Shown in pieces: positions 35,664 to 45,772 of a stretch of DNA of 64,000 nucleotides. Both the position numbers and the translations under genes were made by a program. The stretch comes from Candidatus Nanosyncoccus sp. (GTDB lineage: Bacteria; Patescibacteriota; Saccharimonadia; Saccharimonadales; Saccharimonadaceae). Position 1 is the first letter of the stretch, and every line of letters starts with the position of its first letter. The DNA lies in NCBI GenBank assembly GCA_045603965.1, contig JAZUND010000019.1, positions 312 to 64,311 of the forward strand, read 5' to 3'. The notes under the pieces are model-generated. The model had not been told where the DNA came from, did no database searches, and was given only the letters and a program-made list of their open reading frames with translations.

Positions 35664-37742
35664 ATGGGAAAATTTATTGTTAAATTTCGTCATTTAATTT
35701 TGATACTCGCCTTGGTGGCGCTTGTTCCATCTTTCATTGGCATGATGCTTACCCGCGTCAATTATGACATGTTGAGCTACCTACCAGATAGCATGGAAAC
35801 AGTCATCGGGCAGAACGAGCTACTCAAAGATTTCGGCAAAGGCGCTTTTTCTATGATTATCGTAGAGGACCTGCCAATTTCCGAACAAGCCAAACTCGAA
35901 GATAAAATCAAACAAATCGACCACGTTGACACCGTACTTGGTTTCGGCACTCTCGAAAATAATAATATCCCTGCCGCCATTCTGCCAGATAGTATCTACG
36001 AAACTTTTAATAAAAACAATGAATCCCTCATTGCCGTATTTTTTGACACATCAACTTCCGCTGACGAAACATTAGACGCCGTAGCTAAAATCCGTAATCT
36101 AATGGACGACCATATTTATGTTTCCGGTATGTCCGCTTTTGTTGTGGATCTTAAATCCATCAGTAACGGCGAACAAATCGCCTACATTGTCATTGCAGTT
36201 TCTCTTGCCTTACTCGTCATGTTCACTATGCTAGACAACTGGCTTATTCCTATTGTCTTCCTCGGTAGTATCGGTATCATGATTCTTATCAACCTCGGTA
36301 CCAATATCATCTTCGGCGAAATATCCTATGTTACTAAAGCCCTCTCTGCCGTTTTACAACTCGCCGTCACCATGGACTACTCCATTTTCTTATGGCATAG
36401 CTATCGTGAATATCTAAGCCAAGGCGAGAAAACCAACGACGCCATGGAACACGCTATTAAAGCCACCCTTAGTTCAGTCTTCGGCAGTTCCGCAACCACA
36501 ATTGCCGGTTTTATCGCTCTTTGTTTTATGACTTTCACCATGGGACTTGACCTCGGTCTTGTCATGGCCAAAGGTGTCCTTCTTGGCGTCATCGGCAGTG
36601 TTACCGTTCTTCCTGCTATTATCCTCGTCCTCGACAAGCCCCTCCGCAAATTAGACCATAAAAGCCTCTTACCAAAGTTCGATAAACTCTCCGACAAAAT
36701 CATCAAACTCACTCCGGCTTTGCTTATTATCTTCGTAGCAATTCTCCCGCCAGCCATATATGGCTACAACCAAACCAATGCCAATGTTAATTATGCAATC
36801 GCAAATGGCTTGCCAGGCAGTACTCCTTCCGCCATCGCCAACGCCAAACTAGACGAAACTTTCGGGCTCTCCAATGTCCACATGATTCTAACCAGCGCTA
36901 GTTTGCCAGCATCTGAATCACACGCCATTGCTACCGAATTAAAACAAGTAGCTGGAGTAAAATCCATTCTCAGCGTAGACTCCCTTCTTGGTGACAATAT
37001 CCCTAGAGATATTCTACCCGCCGAAGTAGACAGCATTTTTCGCAGTGACAAATGGGAACTCACCTTAGTCGTTTCCGAATATAAAACCGCCACTTCCGAA
37101 ATTGCTGATCAAATCACTGCCATAAATAGTATTATCAAATCACACGATCAGTCCGCTCTTTTAATTGGCGAATCCAGTTGCACCCAAGACATGATTGGCC
37201 TTACTTCTAATGATTTTCAAGTCGTCAATACCGTTTCTATTGCCATCATTTTTATCATCATCGCTATCGTTACGAAAAGTATTTCCCTTCCAGTTATTCT
37301 TATTGTCCTCATTGAAATGGCCATCTTCATTAACCTCGCCATTTCCTATTTCACCGGCACTTCACTTTCATTTATTGCGCCAGTCTGCATTAGTACCATC
37401 CAACTTGGTGCCACCGTTGATTATGCTATCCTCATGACCACTCGCTATCTTCGTGAACGTACCGATGGCAAATCTAATAAAGAGGCCGCCAAAATTGCTT
37501 TGCGCACTTCTTTGCCATCCATCATCATTTCCGGCTCCGTCCTCTTCGCTGCCACCATCGGCGTTGCCGTTTATTCTAAAGCCGAACTCGTCAGCTCTAT
37601 TTGTATGTTGCTCGCACGTGGCGCCATCATTAGCATCATCGTCGTTCCACTTTTCTTGCCACCGTTACTGTCCTTCGCCGACCCCCTAATTATTCGAACC
37701 ACTAAAGGAATGAAAAAATTATCTAAAAGGAGTACCAAATAA
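35664..37742 (+). CDS. MMPL/RND family transporter
   Basis: Two TM bundles with LQLAVTMDYSIFL and IQLGATVDYAILM motifs and extracytoplasmic loops. Confidence 0.9.
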   Translation: MGKFIVKFRHLILILALVALVPSFIGMMLTRVNYDMLSYLPDSMETVIGQNELLKDFGKGAFSMIIVEDLPISEQAKLEDKIKQIDHVDTVLGFGTLENNNIPAAILPDSIYETFNKNNESLIAVFFDTSTSADETLDAVAKIRNLMDDHIYVSGMSAFVVDLKSISNGEQIAYIVIAVSLALLVMFTMLDNWLIPIVFLGSIGIMILINLGTNIIFGEISYVTKALSAVLQLAVTMDYSIFLWHSYREYLSQGEKTNDAMEHAIKATLSSVFGSSATTIAGFIALCFMTFTMGLDLGLVMAKGVLLGVIGSVTVLPAIILVLDKPLRKLDHKSLLPKFDKLSDKIIKLTPALLIIFVAILPPAIYGYNQTNANVNYAIANGLPGSTPSAIANAKLDETFGLSNVHMILTSASLPASESHAIATELKQVAGVKSILSVDSLLGDNIPRDILPAEVDSIFRSDKWELTLVVSEYKTATSEIADQITAINSIIKSHDQSALLIGESSCTQDMIGLTSNDFQVVNTVSIAIIFIIIAIVTKSISLPVILIVLIEMAIFINLAISYFTGTSLSFIAPVCISTIQLGATVDYAILMTTRYLRERTDGKSNKEAAKIALRTSLPSIIISGSVLFAATIGVAVYSKAELVSSICMLLARGAIISIIVVPLFLPPLLSFADPLIIRTTKGMKKLSKRSTK

Positions 37743-39109
37743 TGAAAAAACAAATTATCACCGCTTCACTCATTAGTGCAGCCATCCTTACTGGCAGTTT
37801 TGCAACTGTTGCCATCAAAAATGCCAATGCAAGTCAAACCGAGAAAAGCGCGCCAGTTCTCGCCGTCGCCGAATCTCCACTTGCTCCTGCTAGTCCGATT
37901 ACCATCACACCAAAATACGAAACCGTCTACGCCATTATTAATAACGATGGCGCCATCAATCAATCTTTCATCAACAGCACCATCAACAATAGCAAAGAAC
38001 CTTTGCCAGTTAATCTCACCATCAATTATTATCTAGATGGCGTAAAAACTACCGCCGCCGACCTTGCTGGTAAATCTGGGCATGTTCGTGTTTCTTTCCA
38101 TTACGATGCAACTAAAACTTATCAAGAAAAATACATTCCATTCGTTGCTATCACTGGTCTCATTCTAGATGATACCAAATTCTCCAACATCACACTCGAA
38201 AATGGTAAAATTATTTCCGAAGATCGTGGCATTGCTATCGTCGGCTACGCTATTGCCGGCATCAATGAAAATCTCGGCACCGATTTCTTGCCAAACAAAT
38301 TCGCTTTTGAAGCCGACGTCAAAGATTTTGCCCTTGACACCACTTACACTATCGCCACCAATTCCATCTTCTCCAGTATCGACACTTCCAAGTTAACTTC
38401 CATCGATAGCGTCATCAATTCAGTCAATGATCTCGCTGGCGGTCTTAACCAAATCGTAAACGGCGCCACCGACCTTTCAAACGGTCTCGGGCAATTATCC
38501 ACCGGTATTAACACTTTACAAACCAACGTTACTACCATTGTAAATAAAGTTATCAGCATCGCAAATGACGCCGAGTCCGTACTTGGCTCGTTTAATGAAT
38601 TAGTCGATGCTGGCCGCGCAGTCATCCAAGAAATTCCAACCACTTCCGAATTCTTAAATGACGATATTGATGAATTCGCGAGCGAGCATGAGCTATCAGC
38701 CGAACTTACCGACGAAATCAAATCCCTCATCGCCGCTAAATACGCCGAGGCCTACACTGATTTCTCCACCAAAGTAAATCACATTGATTCCACCATCACC
38801 ACTGCCACCGACACCGTCGCAAGCTACATTACCAAAATCAAATCTGGTGCCACCGAACTCAAAAACGGCGTAGACGCCATCGCTAGCGGTGCCGACCAAC
38901 TCTACAACGGTTCTATAAGTCTAAAGAATGGTCTCCATACTTTCAAGTCTCAAGGCATCGATCGTCTCGTCAGTTTTGCCAACAACGACTTAGATAATTT
39001 CATCCGCAACCTTCGCAAAACTATCGAAGCAGCAAGTAGCTATCACAACTACAATAGCGACTCTGCTCAGTCTGTCAAGTTTGTTTTCAAAACTCCAAGC
39101 ATCAAATAA
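37742..39109 (+). CDS. Secreted coiled-coil protein with xxxLxxG heptad repeats (YhgE/Pip-like)
   Basis: Signal peptide, KYETVY, DLAGKSGHVRVSFHY, repeats DLAGGLNQIVNGATDLSNGLGQLSTG. Confidence 0.75.
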   Translation: MKKQIITASLISAAILTGSFATVAIKNANASQTEKSAPVLAVAESPLAPASPITITPKYETVYAIINNDGAINQSFINSTINNSKEPLPVNLTINYYLDGVKTTAADLAGKSGHVRVSFHYDATKTYQEKYIPFVAITGLILDDTKFSNITLENGKIISEDRGIAIVGYAIAGINENLGTDFLPNKFAFEADVKDFALDTTYTIATNSIFSSIDTSKLTSIDSVINSVNDLAGGLNQIVNGATDLSNGLGQLSTGINTLQTNVTTIVNKVISIANDAESVLGSFNELVDAGRAVIQEIPTTSEFLNDDIDEFASEHELSAELTDEIKSLIAAKYAEAYTDFSTKVNHIDSTITTATDTVASYITKIKSGATELKNGVDAIASGADQLYNGSISLKNGLHTFKSQGIDRLVSFANNDLDNFIRNLRKTIEAASSYHNYNSDSAQSVKFVFKTPSIK

Positions 39110-40318
39110 TTAACGCTTCTGAAACAATTTAAGTTTTGCAATCTCAAAGTTAATTGCATTTTTCTGGAACGTAACCACCGCCAAGCGTATCATCACTACG
39201 GCAAGTATCACCACCTCGCCTACACCGATAATAAATTCTACCGTACTGAGCGTTCCAAACCCACTTCGAAGCATCAATGCAATCGGCGCTGATAGTGGGA
39301 AATATGTTAAGAATTGCACTAGCATATTTGGCTCTGTCATCATAAACGACTGCATAAAGTAAAGTGGGAACACCATAGCAACAATTGCCGGTCCAATAAA
39401 CGAAGAGGCATCTCGTGCCGTCGGCACAAGTGACCCTACAAATACACAAGTCCCAGCATACAAGAATACCGCACCGATAAACAACACCAAAATCATCACT
39501 ATTGCGGCTGGCTCAATCACAATATTGCTAAGTACCGTGCTAATTAGAGGATTTTCACGATTCACAAACACAAGTATTACGAGCGGCACCACAAAAGCCA
39601 AAATTTGAACCATCCCCAGTATCAACATCGCCACAATTTTTCCTACAATCAAATGCTTCGTTGATACCGACGTCAATATCATTTCCGAAATCCGGTTTTC
39701 TTTTTCTTCCACTACTGCCATTAGGAATCTGTTTCCAAACAGTGCCACAAAGACAAAATATACTACCAAAATCGTAAATGGTATCACTGCCTTACCCAAT
39801 GGATTTGCTTTCTCACCATTCGCAGTCAGCTGATTATTCTCAACTTCGTAATTACCACTGAGTATCATCACGTCCATCGGTGATACTTTTTCCGCTACAT
39901 TTTGGCTAAGTATTGCTTTCAAAATACTCGCATCGTTATTAAATAAATCTAACCCCTCTGAAATATGATAAAACTCCGCTTTTTTATTCTCTTCAAAATC
40001 CGCCGGAATATAGAAATATAAATCTGCCTCACCTTTTTTAATCATTTCTATACCATACTCTTTGCCACCATTTATTACATATTGACCCGTGGTTAATACC
40101 CCAGCCTCATCAGTAATCGCAATTTTTGTATCTTCATCCCAAGTCGGTTCCTTATTTGCATCACCCGAATTAAACACAAATCCAATCAAGAACATCACGC
40201 CCATTAATATTGGCATTAGTAGCACCGCCGCCCAAAACGCTGGCTTCTTTAGCTGTCGCACAATTTCAAATTTTGCTACCTTTAAAGTCGCACTATTCAT
40301 TTTCACCTCCATACACAT
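39110..40318 (-). CDS. ABC-2 type transporter permease
   Basis: VVEEKENRISEMILTSV...IVGKI, YFPLSAPIALMLR. Confidence 0.9.
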   Translation of the reverse strand: MCMEVKMNSATLKVAKFEIVRQLKKPAFWAAVLLMPILMGVMFLIGFVFNSGDANKEPTWDEDTKIAITDEAGVLTTGQYVINGGKEYGIEMIKKGEADLYFYIPADFEENKKAEFYHISEGLDLFNNDASILKAILSQNVAEKVSPMDVMILSGNYEVENNQLTANGEKANPLGKAVIPFTILVVYFVFVALFGNRFLMAVVEEKENRISEMILTSVSTKHLIVGKIVAMLILGMVQILAFVVPLVILVFVNRENPLISTVLSNIVIEPAAIVMILVLFIGAVFLYAGTCVFVGSLVPTARDASSFIGPAIVAMVFPLYFMQSFMMTEPNMLVQFLTYFPLSAPIALMLRSGFGTLSTVEFIIGVGEVVILAVVMIRLAVVTFQKNAINFEIAKLKLFQKR

Positions 40319-41015
40319 CTACGAAAATTTGATCTAGTGACCTACCGCCAAATTCTTTTCGGATGTCACTTATTTTACCATAAGCCCGCGCCACACCATC
40401 TTTTAATAACAATGCTCTATCGCACAATTTTTCCACCTCATCCATATAATGTGTAATTAAAATCACCGCAGTTCCTTTTTGGTGCAATTCGTCAATTATT
40501 TCCATCAACAGCCGTCGATTCATCGGATCAAATCCCTTCGTCGGCTCGTCTAAAATCAATAATTTTGGATTATTCATTATCGTCACACCAAGTTGCACTT
40601 TCTGCTGCTGTCCACCAGAAAGCCTTTCCAACTTTTGATTCGCCTTATCCGCTAGCCCTACACGATTCAAATATTTAAGTGACCACTCCAACGGATTTTT
40701 TAGCCCCTTTAATTCTCCAAAATACACCATCGTGTCAATCACGGATTCCTTGCGATATAGTCCACGCTCTTCTGGCAAGTATCCCACAGTTACTTTGGTA
40801 TCCTCTGGATTATACTTCTTCCCATCAATCAAAAGTTCTCCACTTGTGGGCTCATAGAACCCTAGTAGCGTCCTAAGTGTCGTAGTCTTTCCCGAACCAT
40901 TCGCACCTAAGAATCCAAATATTTCCCCCTTTTTCACTTCAAAAGACAAATCTTTGATAACAGTCTTATTACCAAATTTCATTTTGAAGTTTTTCACTTC
41001 GACAATGTTATCCAT
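40293..41015 (-). CDS. ABC transporter ATP-binding protein
   Basis: GANGSGKTT, YLPEERGLY, LSGGQQQK, LLILDEP, LITH. Confidence 0.95.
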   Translation of the reverse strand: MDNIVEVKNFKMKFGNKTVIKDLSFEVKKGEIFGFLGANGSGKTTTLRTLLGFYEPTSGELLIDGKKYNPEDTKVTVGYLPEERGLYRKESVIDTMVYFGELKGLKNPLEWSLKYLNRVGLADKANQKLERLSGGQQQKVQLGVTIMNNPKLLILDEPTKGFDPMNRRLLMEIIDELHQKGTAVILITHYMDEVEKLCDRALLLKDGVARAYGKISDIRKEFGGRSLDQIFVDVYGGENE

Positions 41016-41029
41016 ATATATAATATATA

Positions 41030-41788
41030 CTAGTTTTCAGGTTTTCTCAACTTATAGTAAATGGACGGCGCAAATCGAATCGGTGCCAACATCTGTTGAG
41101 CTCTATTTTCCATTTTAACTAGATTTGCCGTACCAAATACTTTCTTGAGCCCCCGACTGCGAAAATTAGACACCGACAAAACTTTCTCTCGCTTAAATCC
41201 AGTTTTTTCAAAAATTTCTTCCACATACTTCGGATGATAATTATAAAATCCGTCCTTTGAAATTTCCTTGTAGTTCGCCACCTTCTTATCAAACGGGTTT
41301 ACTTTACTGCGTCCCGTCACGAACCTTGCCATTTTTGGCAAAGTTCGCTTATTCGCTACTTCAATCACTGCTACTCCACCTGGTTTTAGTACGCGGTATA
41401 GTTCGCCCATCGCTTTATCCATATCTTTGAGATGATGCGTCACTCTTATCATCATCAGCCCATCCAGCTCACCGTCTTTAAACGGCAACTTATAAATATC
41501 ACCCGCCTTAGTTTCTATCTTATCACCATAGATTTCTTTTGCTTGCTCCAGCTCCGTCTTTGAATAGTCAAAAATATAAACTTTCCTCGCTCGCTTCAAA
41601 TATTCATTCGCCAGCCTTCCGTATCCACCGCCAATATCTGCAAACTTTTCCATCCGCTTCGGTAACAACTTCCGAATTGCCATCCTATCCGCCTGATCCT
41701 CATACTCACGATCTACGTCTTCCCAGAATTCTTTTTTATAATCGTAACCATTATAGTCCGAAATAACTTTTTCACTCATAGTTTTCAT
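41030..41788 (-). CDS. Class I SAM-dependent methyltransferase
   Basis: FADIGGGYGRL, GDIYKLPF, LYRVLKPGG. Confidence 0.9.
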   Translation of the reverse strand: MKTMSEKVISDYNGYDYKKEFWEDVDREYEDQADRMAIRKLLPKRMEKFADIGGGYGRLANEYLKRARKVYIFDYSKTELEQAKEIYGDKIETKAGDIYKLPFKDGELDGLMMIRVTHHLKDMDKAMGELYRVLKPGGVAVIEVANKRTLPKMARFVTGRSKVNPFDKKVANYKEISKDGFYNYHPKYVEEIFEKTGFKREKVLSVSNFRSRGLKKVFGTANLVKMENRAQQMLAPIRFAPSIYYKLRKPEN

Positions 41789-41842
41789 TATAGCATTAAA
41801 AATCTATTTTACAAAACCAACATAAGTGTGATATGATTAAAC

Positions 41843-41987
41843 TGTTACAAGTTTACATTTAATTATGGCAGCGATTTTTATATATCGCAGTTTCAAGCAA
41901 TAAATGGCATCGTAAGGAAGCCAAATGTTTGGAACCGCGTACGCTGTGACAAATGTAAGCTTGTAACACCCTTGCGGTGCCATTTTT
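41843..41987 (+). ncRNA. Structured RNA family, copy 3 (about 145 nt)
   Basis: Extended -10 TG-A-TATGAT at 41829-41837. 18-bp stem 41843-41860/41951-41968 with one G.U. Identical 22-nt 3' end at 41967-41988. Confidence 0.65.
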
Positions 41988-42057
41988 GTGCATACTCCAT
42001 TATGATTCATAAGATGGCACCGCAAGGGGGATAGTAACAAAATAAGTGAGGTAAGCT

Positions 42058-43869
42058 ATGCGGTCAATACATCATATCATTCATAAGTATCATCATCCTA
42101 GCACATATTTACTATATGGTTCACTAGGGCTTACTGTTCTTTCTGGGTTTGTTCTATCAAGTTCTGCTACTTATGGTTTGTTTAGTTCTTCTGCTTCTGC
42201 TGTCACTCAAGCCACCTCATCTCGGGCTTCTGTTACTGTATCCTCAACTTGTTCCATGACTGCAACTGTTAATACTGAACATAATGCCACTTTAATTAAT
42301 GGTATGTATTCAGGTAATGATAGTAACTATAATAATGGTATTGGTAAAACCACTATACAGACTTTCTGTAATGATGCTGGTGGTTATGCTATTTATGCTG
42401 TAGGTTTTGGTAATAATGAAGTAGGTAGTAATAAACTACATAGTAATATACTTGGTAGTAACTATGATATTGCTACTGGTACTGCCGAGAGTGGTGATAC
42501 TTCCAACTGGTCTATGAAGGTTACTGCACTTACTGGTACTATAGACGGTGTAGAACAAACCTATGCTCCTACCATTACTAATGACTATGACAAGTATTCA
42601 CCAGTCCCAACGAGTTATACCAAAGTAGCTAGGTTTGATAGACCTACAGACGCAGAAACTATAGGCTCATCCATCACTACTACTTATGCTGCATATATCT
42701 CTCAAACTCAACCAGCTGGTACTTATGTAGGACAAGTAAAGTATGCTCTTGTTCATCCAGGTACTTCTAACGCTCCAGAATCTCTCATCATGCAGAATGT
42801 TGCAGACTGGAAAGAAACCCTTCTAGTAGGTGAAGAAATTGCTGTTACAGATGCAAGAGATGGCAAATCATATACTGTAGCTAGACTTTGTACCAAGGTC
42901 AATTACGACTCTACTTCTGGTCAGTATGAGGCTGGCACCTGTGCTCCTGATGATTTGGAATCTGAAATCTGGATGACTCAGAACCTAGATCTCACTATTG
43001 GTGGAGAATACAATGGTGAACCAATCATTCTAGACAGCAATAATACGGACCTTAACACTGCGGTGACTCCCGAAGGCAACACTATGAAAGATTACAGCAC
43101 AGACGGCGTCACTATTACTTGGGCACCAGGCTCAAATATCCATACGGCTACTAAGATTACTTACCCGGCTACTTCTGGTAATGGTACCGTGGCTGGCTGG
43201 ACTAACACTTATACTGATGCTTATCAAGCTGAAGGCGTGGATGCCAGTGGTAACGAGATGTACAACTATCAAGGCACTAAATACGCTGGTTTGTCTGCTT
43301 GTGAAGCCGCCAATCACACCGAGGCCCAATGTCAGCATTACCATGTAGGTAATTACTACAACTGGTCTGCTTCGGTAGCGATGAGCAACACTGATAATAA
43401 TGCGGCCAACGGTGGTTCCGCTAGCTACTACACAAAGAACTATGTGATGCCGAACTCTATTTGTCCGAAAGGTTGGAGATTGCCGAACGGTCTGACAAAG
43501 GATGAAAACGACGACATAGTGATGTCTGACTTCAACAAGCTTCTCAAGGCTCAGGGTATTACTGGCACTGGCGGTAAAACTGTCGATAATATTACCCGAA
43601 CTGACGGTATAGACTTATATGGTAGTACTAACGTAGGATGGGCTTCGAATGGCTTTAATAAAGTTGGTCTTGCTCCTCTCTATTTCGTTCGCTCAGGCAG
43701 TCTGGGTGGCTCGGCGCTCTATAATTTCGGTACGAGCGGGTACTACTGGTCTAGTACGGTTAGCTCTTCGACGAACGCGTTCAACCTGGGTTACGATTCC
43801 GATGTATTGGTCCTGGCGAACCAGTACAATCGCGGCAACGGCTGGTCTGTGCGTTGTATGGCGCGGTAG
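42058..43869 (+). CDS. Surface protein with C-terminal Fib_succ_major (FISUMP) domain
   Basis: N-terminal TM, DARDGKSYTVARL, WMTQNL, GNYYNWSAS, ICPKGWRLP, GYYWSST, NRGNGWSVRCMAR. Confidence 0.88.
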   Translation: MRSIHHIIHKYHHPSTYLLYGSLGLTVLSGFVLSSSATYGLFSSSASAVTQATSSRASVTVSSTCSMTATVNTEHNATLINGMYSGNDSNYNNGIGKTTIQTFCNDAGGYAIYAVGFGNNEVGSNKLHSNILGSNYDIATGTAESGDTSNWSMKVTALTGTIDGVEQTYAPTITNDYDKYSPVPTSYTKVARFDRPTDAETIGSSITTTYAAYISQTQPAGTYVGQVKYALVHPGTSNAPESLIMQNVADWKETLLVGEEIAVTDARDGKSYTVARLCTKVNYDSTSGQYEAGTCAPDDLESEIWMTQNLDLTIGGEYNGEPIILDSNNTDLNTAVTPEGNTMKDYSTDGVTITWAPGSNIHTATKITYPATSGNGTVAGWTNTYTDAYQAEGVDASGNEMYNYQGTKYAGLSACEAANHTEAQCQHYHVGNYYNWSASVAMSNTDNNAANGGSASYYTKNYVMPNSICPKGWRLPNGLTKDENDDIVMSDFNKLLKAQGITGTGGKTVDNITRTDGIDLYGSTNVGWASNGFNKVGLAPLYFVRSGSLGGSALYNFGTSGYYWSSTVSSSTNAFNLGYDSDVLVLANQYNRGNGWSVRCMAR

Positions 43870-43907
43870 GATAAAATATAAAATAAGCCTTCAATATGAA
43901 GGCTATT

Positions 43908-45530
43908 TTATATCACTCTCGCCACTTCCGCGAGAGTCGTCTCTCCCCTAAGTGCCGCCAACACCCCCTTCTGCTCAAGCGTCAACATCCCATGCTTTTT
44001 CGCAGTTCTTTCAATCACTTCCGTTTGAACATCCATCACGTCTCCACGAATGAATTTCTGAATTTCTTCGTTCACAATCATCTGCTCCATTATCACCATA
44101 CGCCCGGCATAGCCAAAAGGCTCCTCTTCCGTTTCCACTGGCTCATATAATTTAAGTTTCTCCAAATTAATCCCCGTCAGATTTTTTTCACTCACACCTT
44201 CTAATACTTTCCGAACATATTTCACCTCCGATTCGCTTGCCTCTCGTTCCTTCTTCGAATCTGACAGCTTCCGAAGCAATCTCTGCGCCACAATTAGCCG
44301 AATAGAAGAAGCAAAAATCGGATTTACTCCAATTAAGTCAATCATACGCGAGAAAGCCGCACTAGTTGAATTAGCATGAAACGATGACAACACCAAATGC
44401 CCCGTGATTGAAGCCTGTATCGCCGTCTTCGCCGTATCCGCATCACGAATCTCTCCCACCATCACCACATCTGGATCCAGCCGAAGCACCGAACGTAGCC
44501 CCTCCGCAAACGACCCACCATCATTTGTATTTATTGGAATTTGCGAAATACCCGTAATTCCATATTCAATCGGATCCTCAAGTGTAATAATTTTTCTGTC
44601 CGTCGTATTCAGTGCATTTAACATTGAATAAAGCGTAGTAGATTTACCAGAACCCGTCGGCCCCACCATTAGCACCATCCCTCGCGGATGTGAAATCACT
44701 TCATCTATTTCATGTTTCTCACTCTGCGATAATCCTAGTAAATCCAAATTTAATAACGTTTCGTCAAAATTAAAAAGCCTTAGTACTGCATCTTGCCCAT
44801 ACATCGTTGGAATCGTCTCTACACGTATATTCAGAATATGCGTCGCGCCATCACGATGTATTTCCTTTTGCATATGCCCACTTTGTGGTTTATTAGACGC
44901 CGTAGACACATTTGCTCGCGATGACAACTCACCCATGAAAATCCGGTATTTGTCTTTATCAATTTTCGCCACCGGATGCAGAAGTCCATCCACACGCATC
45001 CGAATCCGTATCTCCCCTCGCAAATTCTCAATATGAATATCGCTTGCACCTAACTTATCCGCTTGATCAATCAGGAAATCAAACACTTTTTCCGTTGATA
45101 CAGCATTTAGTGTTTGCGATACCGCCGCAATCGTTTCCGAATCGCCATCACCCGCAATTCTAATATCATCATAATGCACCTCTTTCGGCGGATCATATCG
45201 AAGCATCAATATCCGATATGCTGACCCCGAAATCAAGAAGAAATCCACTCTCTCGCCATCTTCTGTATAGTCATGTCTCATCTTCTGAATTAAAGATCTC
45301 GGCGTTTGGCTCGTCACTAGGAACTGAAAATGTTCTTCTCCACCACCCTTATGTAGCGGCAAAATATAGTTTTTATGCATTTCCGGGATCGTCAGCAGTC
45401 CTTCCGTTAGTGGTACAGTTGCTTCAAATTTTCTCGTATCAAGATAAGGCAGGTTCAATATTTTAGCGCGCTCCGCAGTTGCCCGCTCCTCGCTTTCACG
45501 TCTTTTCTCCTGAATTTCCTGCTCATTCAT
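43908..45530 (-). CDS. Type II secretion / type IV pilus assembly ATPase (GspE/PilB family)
   Basis: ASDIHIE, IRMRVDGLL, GPTGSGKSTTLY, EDPIEY, LRLDPDVVMVGEIRD. Confidence 0.93.
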   Translation of the reverse strand: MNEQEIQEKRRESEERATAERAKILNLPYLDTRKFEATVPLTEGLLTIPEMHKNYILPLHKGGGEEHFQFLVTSQTPRSLIQKMRHDYTEDGERVDFFLISGSAYRILMLRYDPPKEVHYDDIRIAGDGDSETIAAVSQTLNAVSTEKVFDFLIDQADKLGASDIHIENLRGEIRIRMRVDGLLHPVAKIDKDKYRIFMGELSSRANVSTASNKPQSGHMQKEIHRDGATHILNIRVETIPTMYGQDAVLRLFNFDETLLNLDLLGLSQSEKHEIDEVISHPRGMVLMVGPTGSGKSTTLYSMLNALNTTDRKIITLEDPIEYGITGISQIPINTNDGGSFAEGLRSVLRLDPDVVMVGEIRDADTAKTAIQASITGHLVLSSFHANSTSAAFSRMIDLIGVNPIFASSIRLIVAQRLLRKLSDSKKEREASESEVKYVRKVLEGVSEKNLTGINLEKLKLYEPVETEEEPFGYAGRMVIMEQMIVNEEIQKFIRGDVMDVQTEVIERTAKKHGMLTLEQKGVLAALRGETTLAEVARVI

Positions 45531-45588
45531 ACCACAATTATATCATAAGAACTATGTTTTTTACGGCCTTCGTGATATAATTACTCAC

Positions 45589-45674
45589 GGAAGGGTGGCC
45601 GAGTGGTTGATGGCACTGGTCTTGAAAACCAGCGTACGAAAGTACCGCAAGTTCGAATCTTGTCCCTTCCGCCA
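45589..45674 (+). tRNA. tRNA-Ser (TGA)
   Basis: Anticodon arm CTGGT-CTTGAAA-ACCAG, long variable arm, G73, CCA. Confidence 0.95.
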
Positions 45675-45772
45675 TTATATATCAGAAAGTTCGCATCCCA
45701 CGCGTCAGCGTGGGATTCCTCATCTTGTCCCTCCCGCCATAAAAATAGACCCCGTAGGGTCTAATTTTTATT

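Noticed and set aside
7403-41988. The 22-bp repeat read as a CRISPR repeat, sigma54 promoter or attC site
   Set aside because: Copies are 10-24 kb apart with no spacer array or cas genes. TGGCAC lacks the -12 TTGC at the right spacing. There are no RYYYAAC/GTTRRRY ends.
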